Assembly: GCA_964541695.1 (NCBI GenBank)
Contig: CAZIRB010000002.1
Span: forward strand, 25,465 to 77,462
Reading direction: 5' to 3'
Source: an uncultured Oscillospiraceae bacterium
Lineage (GTDB): Bacteria > Bacillota > Clostridia > Christensenellales > CAG-138
DNA: 51,998 nucleotides
Both the position numbers and the translations under genes were made by a program. Positions 1-9,171 of the stretch are shown piece after piece. The notes under the pieces are model-generated. The model saw only the letters and a program-made list of their open reading frames with translations, was not told the DNA's origin and ran no database searches. Each line of letters opens with the position of its first letter. Within the stretch, counting starts at the first letter, position 1.

Positions 1-501
1 GGCCACGCGCGCGGCCAGCTCGAGGTCCGCGTGCGAATAGTCCCCGCCCGACGTGGACTCCGACGGGATCTCGGTCGGCTTGGGCGTGGTGACGGGCGCC
101 GCGGTCGCCGTGACCGGCGTAGCCGTCGGCGTCGCCGTCGGTTTCTCGGTCGGCTTGGCGGTTGCCTTCGGCGTGGCCGTGGGCTTTGCCGTGGCGCTCG
201 ACTCCCCGGTGGGTTTCGGCGTGGACGTTCGCTTCGGCGTGGGCTTGGGCGTGTCCGTCGCCTCCGGCGTCGGCGTGGACGTCGGGGTCGGGGTCGGCGT
301 GGGCGTCGGGGTCGGCGTCGGAAGCGGCAGCGGCACCGGCGTCGGCGTCGTCTCCGCCAGCGCAAGCGCCTTGACCTCGGGCGTCGGCGCGAACCCGAAC
401 TCGACGACCTCCGTCCCGATTTGCACGGCGGGCTTCTGGCAGCCGCAAAGCAGCGCCATAGCCATCAGGATCAGAATGCCGGGTATCCATCGCCGGTTCA
501 T
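1..501 (-). CDS. Lipoprotein, 5' part only because the gene runs off the left edge. It has a signal peptide with lipobox, a long Pro/Thr-rich linker, and the first residues of a possible SleB/CwlJ-like cell-wall hydrolase domain.
   Basis: Absent from the ORF track because there is no stop in the window. The reverse complement from ATG 501..499 reads MNRRWIPGILILMAMALLCGCQKP (lipobox L-C-G-C), then TPTPVPLPLPTPTPTPTPTPTPTS..., and ends GGDYSHADLELAARVA in frame at position 1. GGTGA lies 5 nt upstream of the ATG. The hydrolase call rests only on the last ~10 residues. Confidence 0.6.
   Translation of the reverse strand, partial: MNRRWIPGILILMAMALLCGCQKPAVQIGTEVVEFGFAPTPEVKALALAETTPTPVPLPLPTPTPTPTPTPTPTSTPTPEATDTPKPTPKRTSTPKPTGESSATAKPTATPKATAKPTEKPTATPTATPVTATAAPVTTPKPTEIPSESTSGGDYSHADLELAARVA
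67..351 (-). repeat. Pro/Thr/Lys/Ala-rich low-complexity linker coding tract made of short ACGCCG/ACCCCG-type repeats
   Basis: Read directly from the translation, roughly aa 51-145 of the partial lipoprotein. The plus-strand ORFs 31..597 and 53..538 are its antisense shadows. Confidence 0.7.
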
Positions 502-538
502 ACGTTTCACCACGTCCCCCGCTCGCTTACTTTCGTGA

Positions 539-1927
539 TTACAATATGTACTTATGTACGTCTTCCTCGCGAAATTCGTCCTTTAAGTGCTCGTTGACAT
601 ACGGCGCGTCGATCACAAAGTCGATGACCGGGTGCTGGCCGTTGGCGTTGAACGCGATGTCGTCGAGCAGGTTTTCGACCACGGTGTGGAGCCTCCGCGC
701 GCCGATATTCTCCGTGTTCGAGTTGGCGATGAACGCAAACCTGGCGATCTCGTTGAGCGCATCGTCCGTAAACGAGAGATTCACCTTGTCCGCGGATAAA
801 AGCGCCGCGTACTGTTTGGTCACGGCATTCTCCGGCTGCGTCAGGATCCTGCGGAAATCCTCCTGCGTCAGGTCGTCGAGCCGCACGCGAATCGGGAAGC
901 GGCCCTGCAGCTCCGGGATGAGGTCCGTCACCTTGGACACGTGAAACGCGCCCGCGGCGAGAAACAGCACGTAGTCCGTCTTGACCGGGCCGTACTTGGT
1001 GTTGACCGTCGTGCCCTCGACGATCGGCAATATGTCGCGCTGCACGCCCTCGCGGGACACGTCCGGCCCCTGCACCTGGCCCGCGCCGGCAATCTTGTCG
1101 ATCTCGTCGATGAATATGATGCCGTCCTGCTCCGCGCGCGCGACCGCCTCGCGGGTCACGTCGTCCATGTCGATCCTGCGCTCGGACTCCTGCTGCACGA
1201 GGATGCGCCGCGCCTCGCGGACGGGCAATTTGCGCTTCTTGGTGCGCTTTGGGATGAGCTCCCCGAACATCTCGCCGAGGTTGATGTCGATGCCCGCGGC
1301 GATCATCGTGTCGCTCCCGCCGCTGCGCTCCTCGACCTCGATCTCGACGACCGCGTTCTCGAGCTGCCCCGCGCGCAGCTCGCTCATCACGCGCTGCCGC
1401 TCGGACATATGCTTTTTCAGCTCATCCTCGGACATCTCGGGCTCGGGCTGCTTTTGCTGCGCACCCGCGCCGAGCAGAAGCTGCAGCGGGTTGACCGTGG
1501 GCTGCCTGTCCTTGCGCTTGATGGGCACGAGCAGGTCGATCAGCGTCTGTTCGGCAGCCGCCTCCGCGACGAGACGCACGTCCTCCATGCGCTGTTCCTT
1601 ACAGATGCGGATCGCGGCCTCGACGAGGTCGCGCACCATGCTCTCCACGTCGCGGCCGACATAGCCGACCTCGGTGAACTTGGTCGCCTCCACCTTGACG
1701 AACGGCGCGTCGACGAGCTTGGCCAGCCGCCTGGCGATCTCCGTCTTGCCCACGCCCGTGGGCCCGATCATGATGATGTTCTTCGGCGTGATCTCGTCGC
1801 GCAGCTCCTCGGAAAGGCAGCTCCGCCGGTAGCGGTTGCGCAGCGCCACCGCCACCGCGCGCTTGGCGCGGCCCTGGCCGATGATGTACTTGTCGAGGGC
1901 CTCCACGATCTCATGCGGCGTCATCAT
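539..1927 (-). CDS. hslU: ATP-dependent protease ATPase subunit HslU
   Basis: ORF 539..2092 trimmed to ATG-ATG at 1927 ([18 protein letters not shown]). Walker A is [26 protein letters not shown] sits in the 3' end of hslV. Confidence 0.95.
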   Translation of the reverse strand: MMTPHEIVEALDKYIIGQGRAKRAVAVALRNRYRRSCLSEELRDEITPKNIIMIGPTGVGKTEIARRLAKLVDAPFVKVEATKFTEVGYVGRDVESMVRDLVEAAIRICKEQRMEDVRLVAEAAAEQTLIDLLVPIKRKDRQPTVNPLQLLLGAGAQQKQPEPEMSEDELKKHMSERQRVMSELRAGQLENAVVEIEVEERSGGSDTMIAAGIDINLGEMFGELIPKRTKKRKLPVREARRILVQQESERRIDMDDVTREAVARAEQDGIIFIDEIDKIAGAGQVQGPDVSREGVQRDILPIVEGTTVNTKYGPVKTDYVLFLAAGAFHVSKVTDLIPELQGRFPIRVRLDDLTQEDFRRILTQPENAVTKQYAALLSADKVNLSFTDDALNEIARFAFIANSNTENIGARRLHTVVENLLDDIAFNANGQHPVIDFVIDAPYVNEHLKDEFREEDVHKYIL

Positions 1928-1931
1928 ATCC

Positions 1932-2465
1932 CTACACCTCCTCGACGACGATCTTGTCGTTCGTAAAGATGCAGATCTCGCCCGCGATGCGCAGCGACTG
2001 CTCCGCAATCTCGCGCGCGGACAGGTCCGTGTTCTTGACGAGCGCCTTCGCCGCGGCCAGCGCGTACATGCCGCCGGAGCCGATCGCCGCAACGCCGTCG
2101 TCCGGGTCGATCACCTCGCCCGTGCCGGATATGATGAGCAGGTCGTTCTTGTCCGCCGCGATCAGCAGCGCCTCGAGCTTGTGCATCACCTTGTCGCTCC
2201 GCCAGTCCTGCGCGAGCGAGACCGCCGCGCGCATGAGGCTCCCCGCGTATTGGTCGAGCTTCTGCTCGAACCGCTCGCACAGCGTGAACGCGTCCGCGAC
2301 CGAGCCCGCAAAGCCCACCACGACCTTGTCGTGATACAGCCTGCGGACCTTGCGCGCCGTGGCCTTCATAATATTCTGGTTGCCCATCGTCACCTGGCCG
2401 TCGCCCGCGACGGCGCACTCGCCGTTCCGGCGAACGCCGATGATGGTCGTCCCCGATAGCTCCAT
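1932..2465 (-). CDS. hslV: ATP-dependent protease subunit HslV
   Basis: 177 aa. The motif [17 protein letters not shown] follows a short propeptide and GSGG is present. It lies immediately upstream of hslU. Confidence 0.95.
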   Translation of the reverse strand: MELSGTTIIGVRRNGECAVAGDGQVTMGNQNIMKATARKVRRLYHDKVVVGFAGSVADAFTLCERFEQKLDQYAGSLMRAAVSLAQDWRSDKVMHKLEALLIAADKNDLLIISGTGEVIDPDDGVAAIGSGGMYALAAAKALVKNTDLSAREIAEQSLRIAGEICIFTNDKIVVEEV

Positions 2466-2526
2466 AGCTGTCCCTCTGCCCGTAGGCCCACCCCCCGTAT
2501 CCCGGGCGGCGTTTGCTTGATTTTAG

Positions 2527-2554
2527 CATGAAAACGGGCGAAAGTCGCCCGTTT
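2527..2554 (-). terminator. Hairpin overlapping the trmFO stop codon; possible weak intrinsic terminator
   Basis: On the minus strand, AAACGGGCGA-ctt-TCGCCCGTTT forms an 8-10 bp stem followed by TTTTCATGC. The U-tract is short. Confidence 0.4.
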
Positions 2555-3848
2555 AACAATACGTTTTCAATTCTTTTACGATTGCGAGGGAACGTTCCGC
2601 GATCTTTTGATATTTCTCCCGCTTTCGGCGCGGCGGGCGGTCAAGCGGGGCCATGATGCCGAAGTTTACGTTCATCGGCTGAAAATCCGCGCCCGCGTAG
2701 CGTGAAACATACCGTGCCAGCGCCCCGACGGCGGTCTCATCGGTCAGCGGCAGGGGCTCCTGCCCAGATAGTTGCCTTGCCAGCTGCACGCCCGCAGTAA
2801 ATCCGCTCGCGGCGGACTCGACGTAGCCCTCCACGCCCGTGATCTGGCCTGCAAAGTACAGGCCCTCCCGCGCGCGGAGCCGGTAGGTCTCGTCGAGCAC
2901 GTTCGCGGGCAGGAACGTATTCCGGTGCATCACGCCGTAGCGCGCAAACTCCGCGTTCTCCAATCCCGGGATCAGGCCGAACACGCGGCGCTGCTCGGAA
3001 AACTTCAGGTTCGTCTGAAAGCCCACGATGTTGTACAGCGTGCCCTCGGCGTTATCCTGCCGCAGCTGCACGACCGCGAACGGCCGTTCGCCGTCCGCCG
3101 TCTCGAGCCCCACGGGCTTGAGCGGCCCGTAGGCCAGCGTCATCTCGCCGCGCTTTGCCATGACCTCGACCGGCATGCAGCCCTCGAACACGCGCGGCGT
3201 CTCGAACGCGTGCAGCTCGGCCGTCTCGGCTGAAATCAAGGCGCGATAGAACGCGAAGTACTCCTCGCGCGTCATCGGGCAGTTGAGATAGTCGTCGCCG
3301 CGGCCGTAGCGAGACGCGCGGAACACCTTTGTCGAATCGAGCGAGTCGAGCGTCACGATCGGCGCGGCGGCGTCGTAGAAATGCAGGCTCGTGCCGGTCA
3401 AGCGCTCGATCGCCTCGTACAGCGCGCCGTCCGTCAGCGGCCCGGTCGCGATGATCGCGGGCGGCTCGGGCAGCGTCTCCTGCTCGCGCCGCACGACGGC
3501 GATTCGCGGATTCGCCTCGATTTCTTTCGTGACAAGCCGCGAAAACCCCTCGCGGTCGACCGCGAGCGCGCCGCCTGCGGGTACGGCGGTTGCGTCCGCA
3601 GAGCGGAGGATCAGCGAATCGAGAAGCCTCAGTTCCGCCTTGAGCAGACCGACGGCGTTTTCGACGCGGTCGCTGCGCAGGGAGTTCGAGCACACAAGTT
3701 CAGCAAAGCCTGCGCTGTGATGCGCAGGCGTATAGCGGTCCGGTTTCATTTCAACGAGGGTGACAGAAACGCCGCGTTTGGCCAGCTGGTAGGCCGCCTC
3801 GCAGCCGGCCAGCCCCGCGCCGACCACGGTCACGGATGGTTCAGGCAT
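2553..3848 (-). CDS. trmFO: Methylenetetrahydrofolate--tRNA-(uracil-5-)-methyltransferase TrmFO (Gid)
   Basis: 431 aa with an N-terminal FAD motif VTVVGAGLAGCEAAYQLA. Family-typical length and position after topA. Confidence 0.95.
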   Translation of the reverse strand: MPEPSVTVVGAGLAGCEAAYQLAKRGVSVTLVEMKPDRYTPAHHSAGFAELVCSNSLRSDRVENAVGLLKAELRLLDSLILRSADATAVPAGGALAVDREGFSRLVTKEIEANPRIAVVRREQETLPEPPAIIATGPLTDGALYEAIERLTGTSLHFYDAAAPIVTLDSLDSTKVFRASRYGRGDDYLNCPMTREEYFAFYRALISAETAELHAFETPRVFEGCMPVEVMAKRGEMTLAYGPLKPVGLETADGERPFAVVQLRQDNAEGTLYNIVGFQTNLKFSEQRRVFGLIPGLENAEFARYGVMHRNTFLPANVLDETYRLRAREGLYFAGQITGVEGYVESAASGFTAGVQLARQLSGQEPLPLTDETAVGALARYVSRYAGADFQPMNVNFGIMAPLDRPPRRKREKYQKIAERSLAIVKELKTYC

Positions 3849-5994
3849 CGCTCTTTTCCTGTTCCTGGTCCTGGTCCTTTCCCTTGCGCGCGCCGCGGTG
3901 GATATGGCCGCAGCTCTTGTCCGTGCAGACGATGTAGCTGCCGTTCTGGCCGATCTTCTGCACCATCAGCCCGTTGCACTTTGGGCAGCGCATCTTGACC
4001 GGCTTATCCCAGGACACAAAGTCGCACTCCGGGTACTTCTCGCAGCCGTAGAACGCCTTGCCGCGCTTGCTCTTGCGCTTGATGAGCGCCGCGCCGCACT
4101 TGGGGCAGGCCACGTCGATCTTCTCGATGATCGCCTTCGTGTTGCGGCACTCCGGAAAGTTCGGGCAGGCGAGGAACTTGCCGTACCGGCCCATTTTGTA
4201 CACCATCATCGCGCCGCACTTCTCGCACGGCACGTCCGACACCTCGTCCGCGATCTTCACGCGCTCGATCGACGCGCCCGCGACCTCCACGGTCTTTTCA
4301 AACGGGCCGTAGAACTCGCCGAGCATATCGACCCACTCGACGCTGCCGTCCTCGACGCCGTCGAGCTTCTCCTCCATCGTCGCGGTGAATTTCACGTCGA
4401 CGATGTTCTCAAAGTTCTCCTTCATCAGCTTCGTCACAACGAAGCCGAGCTCCGTGGGCACGAGCTGCTTTTTGTCGCGCGCAACGTACCCGCGCTCGAT
4501 GATCGTCGAGATCGTCGGCGAGTACGTGCTCGGCCTGCCGATGCCCTTCTCCTCAAGCGCCTTGATCAGCGTGGCCTCGGTGTACCGCGGCGCGGGCTGC
4601 GTGAACCGCTGCTCCGGGGTCAGCTTGGACGCGGTGAACGCGTCGCCCTGCCGGATGTTGGGCAGCGCGACCTCCTTCTCCTGCGTGTCGTCGCGCCCCT
4701 CGGTATAGACCGCCGAGAAGCCGTCGAACAGCGTCTGCACGCCGTTGGCGCGGAACGTGACGCCGTTTGCGTCGAGCGTCACCTGGCAGGTCGCGTACCT
4801 TGCCTCGCGCATCTGGCTCGACAGGAACCGCTCGTAGATCAGCTTGTACAGCTTGAACTGGTCGTTGGACAGATGCTCGCGGAGCTTGACCGGCTCGTTT
4901 AGTATGTCCGTCGGGCGGATCGCCTCGTGCGCGTCCTGCGCGCCCGCGCGGCCCTTGTAGAAGTTCGGCTTGTCGGGCAAATATTGCTTGCCGAAGCGCT
5001 GCTCGATGTACGCAAGCGCCGCGGACTGCGCCTCGGACGCCACGCGCACGGAGTCGGTGCGGATATAGGAGATCAGGCCCGCCGGACCCTTTTTGCCGAT
5101 CTCGACGCCCTCGTAGAGCTGCTGCGCGATCATCATCGTGCGCTTGGCCGTAAAGCCCAGTTTGCGCGACGCTTCCTGCTGCAGGCTGCTCGTCGTAAAC
5201 GGCGGCGCGGCGTGCTTGGTCTTCTCGCCGTTTTTGACCTCGGTCGCGGTGTAGGCGGCGTTCTGTATGCGCGCGAGCACGGCGTCGACCTCGGCCTGCG
5301 TGTGCAGGTCGGCCTTCTTGCCGTTCTCGCCGTAATACTTGGCTTCGAAGGCTTTTTTTGAGTCCTTAAGATTTGAAAACTCCGATGCGTTGTCGCTGGG
5401 CATAAGCAGCGCGGACAGCACCCAGTATTCCTCGGGCACAAAGTCGAGTATCTCCTGCTCGCGGTCGCAGATGATGCGCGTGGCGACGGACTGCACCCTG
5501 CCCGCGGACAGGCCCTTGCGCACCTTGGCCCACAGGATCGGGCTGATCTTGTAGCCCACGAGCCGGTCGAGTATGCGCCGCGCCTGCTGCGCGTTGACGA
5601 GCCGCATGTCGATCGCGCGGACGCCCTTGATCGAGTTCTTGACCGCGTTTGCCGTGATCTCGTTGAACACGATGCGGCACTTCGAGCCCGCGTCGAGGTT
5701 GAGCACCTGCGCAAGATGCCAGCTGATCGCCTCTCCCTCGCGGTCCGGGTCGGTCGCGAGATAGATCTTCTGCGCCGCCTTGGCCTCCTTGCGGATACGC
5801 TCGAGCACGTCGCCGCGGCCGCGCAGCGTGATATACTTCGGCGCAAAGCCATTTGTCACGTCCACGCCGATCTGGCTCTTGGGCAGGTCGCGCACGTGTC
5901 CGTTCGACGCGATCACCTTGTACTGGCTGCCCAGAAATTTTTCGATTGTCTTGGCCTTTGCGGGCGATTCCACAATGACCAGCGATTCCGGCAT
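3841..5994 (-). CDS. topA: DNA topoisomerase I
   Basis: ORF 3841..6147 trimmed to ATG 5994 (MPESLVIVESPAKAKTIEKFLG, TOPRIM domain) with a GGAGGAG RBS. The C-terminus has repeated Cys4 zinc ribbons (CEKCGA..CPNFPEC, CPKCGA.., CPKCNG..). Confidence 0.95.
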   Translation of the reverse strand: MPESLVIVESPAKAKTIEKFLGSQYKVIASNGHVRDLPKSQIGVDVTNGFAPKYITLRGRGDVLERIRKEAKAAQKIYLATDPDREGEAISWHLAQVLNLDAGSKCRIVFNEITANAVKNSIKGVRAIDMRLVNAQQARRILDRLVGYKISPILWAKVRKGLSAGRVQSVATRIICDREQEILDFVPEEYWVLSALLMPSDNASEFSNLKDSKKAFEAKYYGENGKKADLHTQAEVDAVLARIQNAAYTATEVKNGEKTKHAAPPFTTSSLQQEASRKLGFTAKRTMMIAQQLYEGVEIGKKGPAGLISYIRTDSVRVASEAQSAALAYIEQRFGKQYLPDKPNFYKGRAGAQDAHEAIRPTDILNEPVKLREHLSNDQFKLYKLIYERFLSSQMREARYATCQVTLDANGVTFRANGVQTLFDGFSAVYTEGRDDTQEKEVALPNIRQGDAFTASKLTPEQRFTQPAPRYTEATLIKALEEKGIGRPSTYSPTISTIIERGYVARDKKQLVPTELGFVVTKLMKENFENIVDVKFTATMEEKLDGVEDGSVEWVDMLGEFYGPFEKTVEVAGASIERVKIADEVSDVPCEKCGAMMVYKMGRYGKFLACPNFPECRNTKAIIEKIDVACPKCGAALIKRKSKRGKAFYGCEKYPECDFVSWDKPVKMRCPKCNGLMVQKIGQNGSYIVCTDKSCGHIHRGARKGKDQDQEQEKSDA

Positions 5995-6020
5995 GGCTGT
6001 GCTCCTCCGTGGTTGACAGT

Positions 6021-7160
6021 TTATCGGGCCGCGCCGCCGATCGTGAGCGCGTACATGCGGCCCGGAAGCTGTTTTATTATTCCTGAAAACTCCAGGCCTG
6101 TCAAGCAAGAATTTAGCCTGCCCGCCTCGAAGGCGAGCGCCTGGCACAGTTCGTCAAAGCTCGATTCGCCCTGCCGCAGCCGCTCCACAACGGCTTTTTC
6201 CTCCGGCAGAAGCTGCGCCGAATCCGCCGCGTAGACGGGCTTTGCCGGTCCGTCCGCCGCCGCGGAAGAGCCGTATTCGGCCAGGATGTCCTCCGCGCAG
6301 AACACGGGCTTGGCCGCGCCCTGCTGGATGAGGCGGTTCGTGCCGACGCTCAATAGGTCCGTGATCCGCCCCGGCACGGCGAACACGTCGCGCCCCTGCT
6401 CGAGCGCGCAGTTTGCCGTGATGCTTGCGCCGCTGCGCTCGCCCGCCTCGACAACGAGCACGCCGCGCGACATGCCGCTGATGATGCGGTTGCGCACGGG
6501 GAAATGCTCCGAAAGCGGCTTTGCGCCGGGCAAGAACTCCGAGATCACCGCGCCGCGCTCGATGATTTGCCGGTACAGCGCGTCGTTGCCGGCCGGGTAC
6601 ACGACGTCGACGCCGCAGCCGAGCACCGCGACCGTCGGGTATTCGGACGCCTCGCAGTCGAGCGCGCCCAGCGCCGCGTACGAATCGATGCCCGCGGCCA
6701 TGCCGGACACGACCGTCGCGCCGCGGCGGGCAAGCTCGAACGCGAACAGCCGCGCGATGTCGCGGCCGTACTTTGTGGCCTTGCGCGTGCCGACAATAGC
6801 GAGCGGCAGCGCCATGTCCCGCTTGAGCCGACCTTTGTAGAACAGCAGCCGCGGCGGGTCATGGATTTCTGCAAGCAGCGCGGGATAGGCTTCGTCGCCC
6901 GGTACGGCGACGCCGATTTCGTGCCGGATAAGCCAGTCCGCGTACCGGTCCAAAAACCGCTCGTCCGCGGCTTCGAACAGGCGTTTCTGCACAAAATCGG
7001 AGAGGAACGAAAACGCGGCCGCGTCGCGCGTTTTGGCCGCCATAAACACCGCCTCCGGGTCGGGAAAGCGCTCGTCAAGCGACGCGTAGGCGCGCTGGTT
7101 GCACTCCGCCGCGTAGTGGATAAACATCTGCAGCCGGTGCGCGCGGTCGAGGTCCGGCAT
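6021..7160 (-). CDS. dprA: DNA-processing protein DprA (Smf)
   Basis: 379 aa with the DprA Rossmann core AIVGTRKATKYG...VVSGMAAGIDS. Conserved position upstream of topA. Confidence 0.9.
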   Translation of the reverse strand: MPDLDRAHRLQMFIHYAAECNQRAYASLDERFPDPEAVFMAAKTRDAAAFSFLSDFVQKRLFEAADERFLDRYADWLIRHEIGVAVPGDEAYPALLAEIHDPPRLLFYKGRLKRDMALPLAIVGTRKATKYGRDIARLFAFELARRGATVVSGMAAGIDSYAALGALDCEASEYPTVAVLGCGVDVVYPAGNDALYRQIIERGAVISEFLPGAKPLSEHFPVRNRIISGMSRGVLVVEAGERSGASITANCALEQGRDVFAVPGRITDLLSVGTNRLIQQGAAKPVFCAEDILAEYGSSAAADGPAKPVYAADSAQLLPEEKAVVERLRQGESSFDELCQALAFEAGRLNSCLTGLEFSGIIKQLPGRMYALTIGGAAR

Positions 7161-7161
7161 G

Positions 7162-8688
7162 TCAATTCCCCCCTTCGCTCATGTCGAGGCTGCGGTACTG
7201 GATCGCCTCCGCGTAGTGATCGGGCAGGATGCTGTCGCTGCCCGATATGTCCGCGATCGTGCGCGCAACCTTTAAAATGCGCTGGTAGGCGCGCGCGGAT
7301 AAGTGCAGCTTTGCGTACGCCTGGGAAAGCAAAAGCTCCGAGCGCGCGGAGGGCGCGCAGTACTTATGGATCAGCTCCGCGCGCATCTCGGCGTTCGTCA
7401 GGATGCCGTCGTTTTGGAAACGCTCGCGCTGGATGCGCCGCGCCTCGTTGACGCGCTCGCGCACCCGGCCCGACGGTTCGCCGCCCTTCGGGCCGCTGAT
7501 CTCCGAGAACCCGACCTCGGGCATCTCGATGCGGATATCGATGCGGTCGAGCAGCGGGCCGGACACGCGGCTTCTGTACCGCGCGATGGCGGACGGCGCG
7601 CAATGGCACGGGTTTGTGCGCGAGCCGTAGTTGCCGCAGGGGCAGGGGTTCATCGCGGCCACGAGCATGAACTTGGCCGGATAGGTCGCGGTCGCCGCCG
7701 CGCGGCTGACCGTGACGAAGCCGTCCTCGAGCGGCTGGCGCAGCGATTCCAGCACGCTGCGCCCGTACTCCGGCAGCTCGTCTAAAAACAGCACGCCGAG
7801 GTGCGCAAGGCTGATCTCGCCCGGCAGCGCGCGCGTGCCGCCGCCGATCAGCGCCGCCGCGGACGCGCCGTGGTGCGGCGCGCGGAACGGCCTTTCACGC
7901 AGGATGCCGCCGCCCTTGACCGCGCCGGAGACGGAATGGACCTTCGTGATCTCGAGCGCCTCGGCATAGGTCAGCTCGGGCAAAATCGAGGGCAGGCTGC
8001 GCGCGAGCATGGTCTTGCCGGAGCCGGGCGTGCCCACGAGAAGCAGGTTGTGCCCGCCGGACACCGCGATCTCGGCGGCGCGCTTTGCGCCCTGCTGGCC
8101 GCGGATCTCGGAAAAATCCGCACCGTAGCGCGCGCTGCCGCCCTGCCACGCGGACGGCGGAAAAGGCTCTATGGGATTGTCGCCGCGGATATGCGCGGCG
8201 AGCGCCCCAAGCGAGTCCACGGGGTAGATCGCGACGTCGCCGACGCAGGCCGCCTCCTCGGCGTTGCCGGCCGGCACGAAGATTTGACGGATGCCCCTTG
8301 CCTGCGCGTCGATCACCATAGGCAGCACGCCGGAGATTGCCCGTACCGCGCCGTCGAGCGCGAGCTCGCCCAGAAACACCGTGTCCGCCGCGGCAAACGG
8401 CGCAAGCTGGCCGGACGCGGCGAGGATCGAGACCGCGATCGGCAGGTCGTAGAACGCGCCCTCCTTGCGGCGGTCCGCCGGCGAGAGGTTGACCGTGATG
8501 CGCGCGGCCGGGAAGGCAAAGCCGGCGTTCTTGATCGCTGCGCGCACGCGCTCGCGCGATTCGCGCACCGAGGCGTCCGGCAGGCCGACCGTCTCAAACG
8601 CCGGCAGGCCGTTTGCGATATCGGTTTCGACGGACACTGAAAAGCCGCCGAGACCGCTTAAGCCCTCGCTCCTGACCGCAAAATACAC
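7162..8688 (-). CDS. comM: YifB/ComM family ATPase (Mg-chelatase-like)
   Basis: 508 aa with a Lon-protease-like N-domain, Walker A LVGTPGSGKTMLA and a ChlI-like C-terminus. The start codon at 8688 is GTG. Confidence 0.9.
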   Translation of the reverse strand: MYFAVRSEGLSGLGGFSVSVETDIANGLPAFETVGLPDASVRESRERVRAAIKNAGFAFPAARITVNLSPADRRKEGAFYDLPIAVSILAASGQLAPFAAADTVFLGELALDGAVRAISGVLPMVIDAQARGIRQIFVPAGNAEEAACVGDVAIYPVDSLGALAAHIRGDNPIEPFPPSAWQGGSARYGADFSEIRGQQGAKRAAEIAVSGGHNLLLVGTPGSGKTMLARSLPSILPELTYAEALEITKVHSVSGAVKGGGILRERPFRAPHHGASAAALIGGGTRALPGEISLAHLGVLFLDELPEYGRSVLESLRQPLEDGFVTVSRAAATATYPAKFMLVAAMNPCPCGNYGSRTNPCHCAPSAIARYRSRVSGPLLDRIDIRIEMPEVGFSEISGPKGGEPSGRVRERVNEARRIQRERFQNDGILTNAEMRAELIHKYCAPSARSELLLSQAYAKLHLSARAYQRILKVARTIADISGSDSILPDHYAEAIQYRSLDMSEGGN

Positions 8689-8694
8689 GGAAGT

Positions 8695-9171
8695 CTACGC
8701 CCCCTCCCGTTTTCCTTCCTTTCTGAACACGAAACAGCGGTTGCCGATGTAGTTGACGAGTATCGCGCACGGCGTCGCAATCAGCTTGCAGACCGTGTCG
8801 CCCTTGACAAAGCGCGAAAGGAAATCCGGAACCCAGCCCGCGACCCACGCGTCGGTGACGCCGAACACGCTGCGGCACAGATAGATGACGAGGAGCGACA
8901 CGCCGAGCGACGCGACGTTGACAAGCACGAACAGTCCCATTTCGCGCGCCGAGCGCGTACGTTCCTCCTTAAACGTCCAGGCGCTGTTGAAGATGTAGCT
9001 GTTGACGAGGCCGCAGGTGTAGCTGATCACCTGCGCGATATAGGTCCAGCCGAGCAAAAGGTTCAGCGCCTGAAACACGAGAAAGTCGACCAGCGTGTTC
9101 ATCACGCCGACGATGTTGAACTTGACGAATTGAACCAGCGTCTTTTTTGCGCCGCTTTGATTACGCTCCAT
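8695..9171 (-). CDS. GtrA family membrane protein (polyprenyl-phosphate-sugar flippase-like)
   Basis: 158 aa, about 4 TM segments, with GtrA-like N-terminus FVKFNIVGVMNTLVDFLVF. The ATG at 9171 overlaps the end of the upstream glycosyltransferase gene by 11 nt. Confidence 0.85.
   Translation of the reverse strand: MERNQSGAKKTLVQFVKFNIVGVMNTLVDFLVFQALNLLLGWTYIAQVISYTCGLVNSYIFNSAWTFKEERTRSAREMGLFVLVNVASLGVSLLVIYLCRSVFGVTDAWVAGWVPDFLSRFVKGDTVCKLIATPCAILVNYIGNRCFVFRKEGKREGA

Noticed and set aside
31-597. ORFs 31..597, 53..538 and 162..374 on the plus strand, with Arg-rich or Gly/Val-rich translations
   Set aside because: They are antisense or off-frame readings of the Pro/Thr-rich linker of the minus-strand lipoprotein gene, which has a proper signal peptide, lipobox and RBS.
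1928-2092. N-terminal extensions of track ORFs: hslU 1928..2092, topA 5995..6147, rbgA 14889..14990, rimM 16997..17086, rpsP, ffh, rpsO, truB, rluB, sepF and oadG
   Set aside because: The extensions are Arg-rich, overlap the upstream gene or intergenic signals, and lack an RBS. Internal starts give the family-typical N-termini with good Shine-Dalgarno sequences.
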